A stretch of 64,000 nucleotides of DNA from an uncultured Halobacteriales archaeon (GTDB lineage Archaea > Halobacteriota > Halobacteria > Halobacteriales > SKSH01): NCBI GenBank assembly GCA_964502835.1, contig CAZCYF010000004.1, forward strand, positions 27,548-91,547, read 5' to 3'. The stretch's first letter is position 1, and each line of letters opens with the position of its first letter. Below, piece after piece: positions 56,154 through 64,000 of this stretch. The translations under genes and the position numbers were made by a program. Below the pieces are notes generated by a model that did no database searches, was not told where the DNA came from, and saw only the letters and a program-made list of their open reading frames with translations.

Positions 56154-57056
56154 ATGGACCGAACCCACCTCGTCACGACGACGGAGCTCGACCGGGGCGA
56201 GATCGAGGCGGTGCTCGACCGCGCCACCGCGTTCGACGGCGGCGACGGGACATCGACCGACCCCTTCCTGTTGGGTCTCATGTTTTTTGAACCGAGCACG
56301 CGAACGCGCCTCAGCTTCGCTGCCGCCGCCAAACGTCTCGGCGGGGACGTCCTCGACCTCGGCGCCGTCGAGTCATCGAGCGTCTCGAAGGGCGAGTCCC
56401 TCGCCGATTCGATCCGCGTGCTGGCCGGGTATGCCGACGGGCTGGTCCTGCGCCACCCTCGCGAGGGGGCCGCACGAATGGCGGCCGACTTCGTCGATGT
56501 CCCGCTGATTAACGCAGGTGACGGTGCGGGCCATCACCCGAGTCAGACGTTGCTCGACCTCTACACCATCCGCCAGCAGGCCGCACTCGACGGACTGACC
56601 ATCGGCATCCTCGGCGACCTGAAATATGGCCGAACCGTTCACTCACTGGCCGGCGCCCTCGCAAAGTTCGACGTCCGACAGCACTTCATCAGCCCCGAGA
56701 GCCTCCAGTTGCCACGCGACGTCAGGTTCGACCTCCACCAGGCCGGTGCCGAGGTCCGGGAACACACGGATCTGGCTCCGGTGTTGCCCGACCTCGACGT
56801 CTTGTACGTCACCCGAATCCAACGCGAACGGTTCCCTGACGAGAGCGAGTATCAGGCCGTCGCCGGGCAGTATCGGATCGATCCGGAAACCCTCGAGGCG
56901 GCCCGAGATGAGCTGGTCGTGATGCATCCACTCCCCCGCGTGGGCGAGATCGATCCAGCGCTGGACGACACGCCGCAGGCACGCTATTTCGAGCAGGCCC
57001 ACAACGGGGTGCCCGTTCGGATGGCCCTTCTGGACGTGCTGGGGGTGACCCAATGA
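56154..57056 (+). CDS. pyrB: Aspartate carbamoyltransferase catalytic subunit
   Basis: [54 protein letters not shown]. Confidence 0.97.
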   Translation: MDRTHLVTTTELDRGEIEAVLDRATAFDGGDGTSTDPFLLGLMFFEPSTRTRLSFAAAAKRLGGDVLDLGAVESSSVSKGESLADSIRVLAGYADGLVLRHPREGAARMAADFVDVPLINAGDGAGHHPSQTLLDLYTIRQQAALDGLTIGILGDLKYGRTVHSLAGALAKFDVRQHFISPESLQLPRDVRFDLHQAGAEVREHTDLAPVLPDLDVLYVTRIQRERFPDESEYQAVAGQYRIDPETLEAARDELVVMHPLPRVGEIDPALDDTPQARYFEQAHNGVPVRMALLDVLGVTQ

Positions 57057-57517
57057 CCGACCCCGAGCTCAGAGTGAACAAGATTCGCCACGGGACCGTC
57101 GTCGATCACGTTCCGGGTGGGCAGGCCTTGAACGTCCTTCGCTTATTGGGTATCGACGGGAGCGAGGGGACCGTCGTGAGCATCGCGATGAACGTCCCGA
57201 GCGACCGCCTCGCGCGAAAGGACATCCTCAAAATCGAAGCCCGCGAGGTGAACCAGGACGAGGTGGACGTCCTCTCGATGATCGCACCGCGCGCGACCAT
57301 CAACATCATCGCCGACTACGATGTCGTCGACAAGCGCCGCGTCGAGCGCCCCGAGCGGGTGTCGGGAATCCTCAACTGTCCCAATCCCGCGTGTATCACG
57401 GCCACCGACGAGCCCATCGAGAGCCACTTCGACGTCCTCGAGGACGGGGTGCGGTGTCGCTACTGTGGCACGATCGTCCGGGACGACCTCGCCGAGCACC
57501 TGACGCCACACGCCTAA
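57053..57517 (+). CDS. pyrI: Aspartate carbamoyltransferase regulatory subunit
   Basis: [24 protein letters not shown]...CRYC zinc site. Confidence 0.96.
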   Translation: MTDPELRVNKIRHGTVVDHVPGGQALNVLRLLGIDGSEGTVVSIAMNVPSDRLARKDILKIEAREVNQDEVDVLSMIAPRATINIIADYDVVDKRRVERPERVSGILNCPNPACITATDEPIESHFDVLEDGVRCRYCGTIVRDDLAEHLTPHA

Positions 57518-58311
57518 TCGGTGCGATCGAGCGCCTCGACGGCAGCCACCGCCCGTTCGTCGTCGTAGGCGAAGGCGATGCGATCGGCATACGTATCGAC
57601 GACCCGAGCCGCGTGAGTCAGGTCCTCCAGTTCGTTCTCCGCGGCATACAGCTCGACCGTGAACGGACGCTCCAAGCGGTCGCGAAAGCCGGACGCGAGC
57701 ACTTCGAGCCAGTAGGTGGTCCGGTACCCGAGGTCGTACAGCGGAACGACGAATGCATCGACGACGGCCTCGAGGGCCTCGAGGTCGAGACCGGCTCGAC
57801 GAAACAGATGACCGGGCATGGGGTCGGGATACAGCGTCAGATAAACCGACCCCGGCACCTTCGCGCTCGCGGCCTCGACGAAGTCGGTAATGACGTGGGC
57901 ACGCCAGGCCGAGCGGTCCTCGAACGCGCTCGACGCGAACGCCGCGGTGCACCGATCACAATAACAGTATTCCTCCCGGGCAAAACCGACGTCATCCAGG
58001 CGAACGTCGCCCGACGTCTCACCACACGTGTCGATGAGCGCCATGAGTTCGGACCGATACTCCGGATGGCTCGGACAGACGTACCCCCAATCGAAGTACG
58101 GGCGGTCGCGTGTGGCCGGCCGCCCCGCCTCGTCGATGGCAACGTAGTCAGGGTCGTCGCTTTTGGCCGTATCGCCGTGACACGAGACCATGCTGATGGC
58201 CTCGGGGTGCGGGTCCGTGCGACGTCCGGTGACGTCCTTCACCACGTAATAGATCTCGTCGAACCGAGAATCGCCGATCCGATCGGTCGTGCGAGACACC
58301 AGCCCGGCCAT
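57514..58311 (-). CDS. Conserved haloarchaeal hypothetical protein, glycoside-hydrolase-like TIM barrel
   Basis: VKDVTG, YVCPSHPEYR, VRLDDVGF, YCYCDRC, FVVPLY. Confidence 0.65.
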   Translation of the reverse strand: MAGLVSRTTDRIGDSRFDEIYYVVKDVTGRRTDPHPEAISMVSCHGDTAKSDDPDYVAIDEAGRPATRDRPYFDWGYVCPSHPEYRSELMALIDTCGETSGDVRLDDVGFAREEYCYCDRCTAAFASSAFEDRSAWRAHVITDFVEAASAKVPGSVYLTLYPDPMPGHLFRRAGLDLEALEAVVDAFVVPLYDLGYRTTYWLEVLASGFRDRLERPFTVELYAAENELEDLTHAARVVDTYADRIAFAYDDERAVAAVEALDRTD

Positions 58312-58402
58312 GGCCCACCCTCGAGTCCGGGGGGACTAACCGTTCCGGGTCCACATCGGGAGAATCGCGGTGTTTTTCATCGCGCCCGGGTAACGACGCG
58401 CC

Positions 58403-58606
58403 ATGAGCTTCGACGAAGGCGAGCGGGTCATCCTCCGCGACGAACACAGCGAACACGACGGCGAGGTCGGCGAGATTACGCAGGTCGTCGAAACCATGTT
58501 CGGCGACGAAACCTACACCGTCAGCTTCGAGGCCGGTCAGGAGACGGGGGTTGCCGCCGACATGCTCGAGGCCGCCCCCGCGGAAACCGACGAACAGGCG
58601 ACCTAA
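58403..58606 (+). CDS. Small SH3/KOW-like protein (DUF1918-like)
   Basis: FDEGERVIL..EHSEHDGEVGEITQV..TMFG..TYTVSF. Confidence 0.7.
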   Translation: MSFDEGERVILRDEHSEHDGEVGEITQVVETMFGDETYTVSFEAGQETGVAADMLEAAPAETDEQAT

Positions 58607-58612
58607 CCCGGC

Positions 58613-59071
58613 ATGGGCGACCTCCCGGTCCACCGCATCGATGTTCGGGCGTTTCGGTACGCCACGGAGGCGCCAGAACGGGTCGAAGCGGCCATCGAAA
58701 CGGTCGTCCCGGAGGCGGTCGATCCGGAGGCGGCGGCGCAACTCGACCGCACCACCACGGAAGGCCATTTTGGGCATCCGATCGACATCTATGCGGTATC
58801 GTTGTCCGATGCCGATGCCATCGACGCCATCTTCCGGCGGCTAGCGGCGTCGGGCGCGCTGTCGACGATCGTCGACGAGCTGGACGCACGGGTGAACCAG
58901 GACTGCGAGCTGTTCGTTCGCCTCGACAAACAGGCCGCCTTTGCTGACGAATCCCTCGAGCTCGGCGACGGCATCGAGCTTCGCATCAAGCTCGAGGCGT
59001 ATCCAGCCACGCCGGATCGCGCCATCGAGAACCTGATGGGGTATCTCGACGCACAGGGATACCGGTCATGA
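58613..59071 (+). CDS. RNA-binding protein (COG1325/exosome-associated type)
   Basis: FRYATE, GHFG.PI, LFVRLDKQAA, IKLEAYPA. Confidence 0.85.
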   Translation: MGDLPVHRIDVRAFRYATEAPERVEAAIETVVPEAVDPEAAAQLDRTTTEGHFGHPIDIYAVSLSDADAIDAIFRRLAASGALSTIVDELDARVNQDCELFVRLDKQAAFADESLELGDGIELRIKLEAYPATPDRAIENLMGYLDAQGYRS

Positions 59072-59721
59072 CGGCCCCTCGCTTTGAGGCGGTTACGGCC
59101 TATCCCACCGGCACCAGCACGGTCAGCCGGTTCGCCGCGACGGCGGGGGCGGTCGGTTTCCGCGGGCTGGTCGTGCGCAACGGACCGGCCGTCGATGACG
59201 ATCCGTCCCCGTCGGTGATCGGCGAGCACTACGACGTCGACGTCGTTCCATCGATCGAGCTGGATCCGGTGGAGCCGGATGCAGTCAGCGGGTCGCTGCC
59301 TGGGTACCGCCGGACGTATCCGCTGGTGGCCGTTGCCGGAGGAAGCACTCCCATCAATCGGTTCGCGGCCACCCAGCGCCACGTTGACGTCCTCACCAGA
59401 CCGGTCACGCCGGATGGACCCCACGTCGAGCCGGGGACGATCTCGAACGCGATCGATAACGACGTGGCGATCGAGTTGGATCTCGGTCCGCTCCGGTCGA
59501 GGGGCGGTTCGCGGGTTCGATACCTGCAACGGCTGCGCAGCCTCTGGCGCGTGGTGGACCACTATGACGCGCCGTTTGTCGTGTCGATGCACCCAACGAG
59601 TCATCTCGAGATGCGAGGCCCCCGCCACCTCAAGGCCCTCGGCGACGCCGTGGGTATCGAGGCGGCGGCGATCGAACGCGGTCTGCAACGATGGGGCGAC
59701 CTCGTCGAACGGAATCGATGA
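59068..59721 (+). CDS. rnp3: RNase P protein subunit p30
   Basis: GFRGLVVRN, NRFAA..HVDVL, DNDVAIELDL, FVVS...SHLEMRGPR. Confidence 0.85.
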   Translation: MTAPRFEAVTAYPTGTSTVSRFAATAGAVGFRGLVVRNGPAVDDDPSPSVIGEHYDVDVVPSIELDPVEPDAVSGSLPGYRRTYPLVAVAGGSTPINRFAATQRHVDVLTRPVTPDGPHVEPGTISNAIDNDVAIELDLGPLRSRGGSRVRYLQRLRSLWRVVDHYDAPFVVSMHPTSHLEMRGPRHLKALGDAVGIEAAAIERGLQRWGDLVERNR

Positions 59722-59787
59722 GGCCCGGGAGCGGCGGTCGGCCGGCAAACGCGAGGCGTAAAAGGGCGGAGGTATTATCGAACGGCG

Positions 59788-60267
59788 ATGGCCACCTGGC
59801 CGAAACACCTCAGACCGCGCTGGCGGTATCTCGCGGTCGACCTCGAGGTTCCGGGCGACGTCGACCTCACTCGGGATGACCTCCAGGGGTCGCTCTGGCG
59901 AGGGCTCAAGAGCCTGTTCGGCGATGCGACCAGCGCCCGCGTGGGCATGGATCTCGTCCGACTCTCGCTGGTTGATGGCCGGGGGCAAGCGATCATCCGG
60001 GTCGCCAGGGACGGTGTCGAGGAGGCACGGGCCGTCCTTGCGACGGTCGATCGGGTGGCCGACCGGCCGATCCGGTTCGATGTCCGGGGCGTCAGCGGGA
60101 CGATCCGGGGCTGCGAGGAAAGCTACTTAGGAGACGCGGGGGAACCCGCGAGTCAGGACACCGTCACCTTCGACGACGTGGAGACGACGGCCGTCGTTCG
60201 GGACGAGACCGTCGACATCCGAATCGACTCCACGCCGGTCGGTGTGACAACCTTGGACACAACGTGA
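59788..60267 (+). CDS. rnp2: RNase P protein subunit Pop5/Rpp14
   Basis: KHLRPRWRYLAV, SLFGD, VRGVSGTIRG. Confidence 0.9.
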   Translation: MATWPKHLRPRWRYLAVDLEVPGDVDLTRDDLQGSLWRGLKSLFGDATSARVGMDLVRLSLVDGRGQAIIRVARDGVEEARAVLATVDRVADRPIRFDVRGVSGTIRGCEESYLGDAGEPASQDTVTFDDVETTAVVRDETVDIRIDSTPVGVTTLDTT

Positions 60268-60271
60268 TACT

Positions 60272-61021
60272 ATGCAGGGACAAGCGCAACAACAGGCGTA
60301 CGACCGCGGCATCACCATCTTCTCACCCGACGGTCGACTCTACCAGGTCGAGTACGCTCGCGAAGCGGTCAAGCGCGGTACCGCGAGCATCGGCGTGCGG
60401 ACGACCGAAGGCGTCGTGCTGGCCGTCGACAAACGCATCCGTTCGCCGTTGATGGAACGCGAAAGCGTCGAGAAGATACACAAGGCCGACTCCCACATCG
60501 GCATCGCCAGTGCCGGCCACGTCGCCGACGCTCGACAGCTCGTCGACTACGCCAGACAGCAGGCACAGCTCAACCACTTTCGGTACGACGAGCCGATCGG
60601 GGTCGAAACGCTCACGAAGAACGTGACGGACTTTATCCAGCAGTACACCCAGGTCGGCGGCGCGCGGCCGTTCGGGGTGTCGCTGATTATCGGGGGTATC
60701 GAGGGGGACACCCCTCGCCTGTACGAGACCGACCCGTCCGGGACGCCGTATGAGTGGAAGGCGCTCGCGATCGGCGCCGAACGCGCCGACTTGCAGGACT
60801 ACCTCGAGCAAGAATACGAGGATGAGATGCAACTGGAGGAGGGAATCAGACTTGCCGTTCGGGCGCTCGCCCGCATCAACGACGGACAGCTCGCTCCACA
60901 CGACGTCGGGTTCGCCACGGTCGACGTCGAGTCCAAGCGCTTCTTGCGCCTCACCGACGAGGAGGTCCTCGGGTTCATTCAAGACGAGGACGTCCTCGCC
61001 ACGGACGACGAGAGTGCCTGA
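60272..61021 (+). CDS. psmA: Proteasome subunit alpha
   Basis: YDRGITIFSPDGRLYQVEYAREAVKRG, RPFGVSL, ETDPSG. Confidence 0.98.
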   Translation: MQGQAQQQAYDRGITIFSPDGRLYQVEYAREAVKRGTASIGVRTTEGVVLAVDKRIRSPLMERESVEKIHKADSHIGIASAGHVADARQLVDYARQQAQLNHFRYDEPIGVETLTKNVTDFIQQYTQVGGARPFGVSLIIGGIEGDTPRLYETDPSGTPYEWKALAIGAERADLQDYLEQEYEDEMQLEEGIRLAVRALARINDGQLAPHDVGFATVDVESKRFLRLTDEEVLGFIQDEDVLATDDESA

Positions 61022-61066
61022 TCGGAGCCGCGGTTTTAATAGCCGGCTCCCCCTTCCCGCGCTCGT

Positions 61067-61792
61067 ATGATCTCCCTCGAGGAGGCCGTCGTCGCGCGAC
61101 TCGAGTCGCATGGAGCCCGCTTCGAGGTGCTGGTCGACCCGGATGCCGCGCTGGACATTCGCCGCGGCGAATTCGACGGCGATATCGAGGATGTCATCGC
61201 CGCGGAGGACGTCTTCGAGAACGCCAGTCGAGGGGACCGGCCGAGCGAGGACGATCTGGAGACGGTGTTCGAAACGACCGATCCGCTCGAAATCATCCCC
61301 GAGGTGATCAGGCGGGGGGAGATCCAGATCACCGCCGAACAGCGCCGGGAGATGCAAGAGCGCAAACGCCGACAGCTGATCAGCCACATCAGTCGCAACG
61401 CGGTCAATCCCCAGATGGACGATGCGCCACATCCGCCAGAACGGATCGAACAGGCCCTGGAGGAGGCGGGGTTTCGCATCGACCCGATGGAACCCGTCGA
61501 GGACCAGGTAGACGAGGCCCTCGACGTACTCCGGCCGATCATTCCGATCCGGTTCGACGAGATGACCGTCGCCGTCCAAGTCCCCGCCGACCACGCCGGT
61601 GGAGCCCAGGCAAAGTTGCGGGAGTTCGGCGAACTCGACGACGAGGAATGGCAACCGGACGGCTCCTGGATCGGCGTAATCACGTTCCCGGCGGGCATGC
61701 AACACGAGTTCTACGACCGTGTCAACGAGGTCAGCGAGGGTGAGGCCGAGACGCGAGTCATCAGCGACCGCGACGAGTGGGACACTCGGTAA
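61067..61792 (+). CDS. sdo1: Ribosome maturation factor SBDS/Sdo1
   Basis: VVARLESHGARFEVLVDP, NAVNPQ...PHPPERIE, IPIRF. Confidence 0.95.
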   Translation: MISLEEAVVARLESHGARFEVLVDPDAALDIRRGEFDGDIEDVIAAEDVFENASRGDRPSEDDLETVFETTDPLEIIPEVIRRGEIQITAEQRREMQERKRRQLISHISRNAVNPQMDDAPHPPERIEQALEEAGFRIDPMEPVEDQVDEALDVLRPIIPIRFDEMTVAVQVPADHAGGAQAKLREFGELDDEEWQPDGSWIGVITFPAGMQHEFYDRVNEVSEGEAETRVISDRDEWDTR

Positions 61793-61843
61793 GCGCCACG
61801 GGACATCCACCGACGGGATCGAGCGCCGGCCCTTCGGGAGACC

Positions 61844-62422
61844 CTACTTGTCCTCGAGGCGTTCGAAGGCCCCGACGAAGTCGTCGTGGCCCTCGAAGAG
61901 GTCCTCGCGGAGCTCGTCTACCCGCTGGCGGAGTTCATTGAAGCGAGCGTTGAGCTTCGCGTACTCCTCACTCTCCTGAAGGTCACGTTCGGACTTTTCC
62001 GCCTCGAGGAGCGCCTTCTTCGAGGCCAGGGAGTACAGCTCCTGTAGGTCGGCATCATATTCGTGCCGATCGGCCACCCTCGTGACCGTCGCTTGCAGAT
62101 CCTCCTTGGAGATCGGCTTCACGATATAGTCGTCAAAGCCCATCTCGACGATGTCAAAGTCAGGATCGACGGCCGTGACCATCACGATCCGACAATCGTG
62201 CCCGGAGTCACGGATCCGATCGAGCACCTCGTCCCCGGAGAGTCCGGGCATGCGCCGGTCGAGGAGCACGACCGATACCGAGTCGTCGATCTCGTCGAGT
62301 GCGCTCTCTCCGTCATAGGCGACCCGGACGTCCCACTCATCCTCGAGCCAGGACGCGAACAGGTCGGCGAGGAGCGTCTCGTCGTCGACCACGAGAACGG
62401 TCCCGGCCTCACTCATGGTCAT
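61844..62422 (-). CDS. Response regulator receiver + HalX domain protein
   Basis: VLVVDDE, VLLDRRMPG (phospho-Asp), FDDYIVKP, HalX tail LASKKALLEAEK. Confidence 0.9.
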   Translation of the reverse strand: MTMSEAGTVLVVDDETLLADLFASWLEDEWDVRVAYDGESALDEIDDSVSVVLLDRRMPGLSGDEVLDRIRDSGHDCRIVMVTAVDPDFDIVEMGFDDYIVKPISKEDLQATVTRVADRHEYDADLQELYSLASKKALLEAEKSERDLQESEEYAKLNARFNELRQRVDELREDLFEGHDDFVGAFERLEDK

Positions 62423-62497
62423 CAACCCCGGTGCGTACCATGGCCTTCTCGCATACACCAAACACGGTCCTCATCTTAAATGGGTGGGAACACGGTC

Positions 62498-63514
62498 TCA
62501 TTCGGGATAGGCCTCGTCGATGAGTGATGGGTTTGCCTCGAAATGCTCCCGGATCGGAGCCAGGCAATGGTCCAGCTCGTCAGCGACCGCTGCTTTCAGG
62601 TCCTGTGGATGCAACTCGCCGTCGGTGAAGTCCGACTCCACGGCCGCGTAGGTGTCGTACGTGAGCGTCCCACCATACTCCGCGGGCCGCTCGACGACAA
62701 ACGCGCGATCTTCCTCCGCAAGCACCGGAACGATGAGATAACGGAGGTACTCCATCACCCCGTTGTTCTCGACCTCACCGGCGGGGCAGTACGCCCCCTC
62801 AAGCTTCTCCTCTATTGCCGCCGTGTCGTCCGTGATCCTGATGGTGGTCTCCGCGGCCGAGGCACTCATCTTGTCGCCTGTGAGCCCGGAGAGCAAGGGT
62901 GCAAAGAGGCTCACGGGTTTCGGTCCGCCGTGGGCCGGAAGCACCTCGCGGGCGAGCATGTAGATGCCCCGCTGGTCGATCCCACCATACGCAATGTCGA
63001 CATCGAGGTGGTGGACGTCATTGGCCTGCATCAGCGGATAGAGGAGCCCGCCCAGCTTCGTGCTGTCACCCGCCCTGACGACCTCGCTCCCGGCTCTGCG
63101 GGCCCGGCTGACGGTGGTCGTGGCCGTCATCCGCAACAGGTCGAGGACGTAGTCACGGTCCAGTTCGAAGTCCGTCCCGCGAACGAACCGGATGGCGTCG
63201 GGATCTCCCCCTGCCGCCGCGACCATCTGTTCAATGGCCGCTCGATAATACCGCGATCGCTGGTCGAGCAGGTTGTACGGAGACTTCTCGTCATCCAGGT
63301 GGGCGTGGAGGTCCGCCACCAGGACGGTGACGTCGAGGTCCGCCTCCAGGAAGTCAACGAGCTTCCGGATGGTCGTGAAATGGCCGATGTGCATCTGCCC
63401 GGTCGGTGCGTAGCCGATGTAGACGGCGGGATCGGGGCGGTTCAAGACGTCTTGTAGCTCCGATTCGGTGACCACCTCCTCCGTAAACCGCGTCACTAAC
63501 GACAGCCGATCCAT
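62498..63514 (-). CDS. tyrS: Tyrosine--tRNA ligase (archaeal)
   Basis: YIGYAPTGQMHIGH (HIGH), YPLMQAND, GGIDQR, KMSAS. Confidence 0.97.
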   Translation of the reverse strand: MDRLSLVTRFTEEVVTESELQDVLNRPDPAVYIGYAPTGQMHIGHFTTIRKLVDFLEADLDVTVLVADLHAHLDDEKSPYNLLDQRSRYYRAAIEQMVAAAGGDPDAIRFVRGTDFELDRDYVLDLLRMTATTTVSRARRAGSEVVRAGDSTKLGGLLYPLMQANDVHHLDVDIAYGGIDQRGIYMLAREVLPAHGGPKPVSLFAPLLSGLTGDKMSASAAETTIRITDDTAAIEEKLEGAYCPAGEVENNGVMEYLRYLIVPVLAEEDRAFVVERPAEYGGTLTYDTYAAVESDFTDGELHPQDLKAAVADELDHCLAPIREHFEANPSLIDEAYPE

Positions 63515-63608
63515 GGGTGCTGGCGATGCGTACGCATCCGGGCGGGGTTAAGTCTTCACACTCGGCAAACGCCAGCGGTTATGCCCTTTGCCGTCGGAAG
63601 TCGGCCAC

Positions 63609-64000
63609 ATGGGTGCGCGTCCGACCGCCGTGCTTGGGGTCCTCGCTGCGGGCCCCAAACCGGTCACGGCGGTGGCGAGGTCGCTCGACATCGAGCGGAC
63701 GGCCCTCGAGTCATCACTCGAAGACCTGGCCGCCCGCGGTCTCGTCGAAGACGTCGACGACGAGGTGCACCTGGCCGAGGGGGTCGCCTACGACCGTGAG
63801 ACGCTCAAGCGGGTCACCCCCTCGTCGTACGCCGTGCATGTCGAGGACTGCGTCGTGAGCACGAACGGCTGGGCCGCCGACCTCCTCCAGACGGCCGACG
63901 ACCGCGTCCTCGCTGTTGCCGAACGCCAACGGGGTGGCCGCGGACGACGGGGGCGGTCGTGGCGATCGCCGCCAGGTGGAATCTGGGCCAGCCTCGCCGA
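63609..64000 (+). CDS. birA: HTH-containing biotin--protein ligase (BirA), partial; runs off the window end
   Basis: I translated this by hand: MGARPTAVLGVL...VARSLDIERTALESSLEDLAARG (HTH), then VSTNGWA, AERQRGGRGRRGRSWRSPPGGIWAS (biotin-binding GRGRxG motif). There is no stop before 64000, so the ORF track omits it. Confidence 0.88.
   Translation, partial: MGARPTAVLGVLAAGPKPVTAVARSLDIERTALESSLEDLAARGLVEDVDDEVHLAEGVAYDRETLKRVTPSSYAVHVEDCVVSTNGWAADLLQTADDRVLAVAERQRGGRGRRGRSWRSPPGGIWASLA

Noticed and set aside
1-64000. rRNA, tRNA, SRP or RNase P RNA genes, IS elements, integrases, CRISPR arrays and defence systems
   Set aside because: I recognised no signatures by eye. A covariance-model scan (tRNAscan-SE, Infernal/Rfam) would be needed to exclude small ncRNAs.

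Overview
This is a 64 kb chromosomal segment of a halophilic archaeon (class Halobacteria). The assignment rests on high GC, acidic proteins, mostly leaderless genes with a TATA box about 25-35 nt upstream of the ATG, a PGF-CTERM protein, a HalX regulator and haloarchaeal DUF families. About 85% of the window (roughly 9.6-64 kb) is conserved housekeeping content: btuCDF, srp19-gar1-psh, tpiA-mbf1-hisC, rtcB, purM, ppsA, lhr, pelA-rqcH-elp3-recJ-like, aglJ, dacZ-mscS, purD, mat, CYTH, pyrBI, rnp3-rnp2-psmA-sdo1, tyrS and a birA that runs off the right edge. The first ~9.6 kb looks accessory. Its best feature is a 3-ketosteroid Delta1-dehydrogenase (KstD) homologue that keeps the FAD fingerprint and the motifs carrying the known catalytic Tyr/Gly residues. 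It is followed by a TetR gene and has an 8+2+8 bp inverted repeat between its TATA box and start codon. This suggests a regulated steroid-type dehydrogenation module in an archaeon. Other observations worth checking: a membrane-anchored protein with five tandem YegP/DUF1508 domains and its own promoter palindrome; a palindrome-dense AT-rich regulatory island at ~16.8 kb; a possible SepF-like DUF5779 protein; a CYTH enzyme next to SAM synthetase; and several apparently degenerate enzymes (RecJ/DHH, JAMM, RAD55/KaiC). I found no tRNA, rRNA, CRISPR array, transposase or integrase. All assignments are by eye from motifs; no database search was run.
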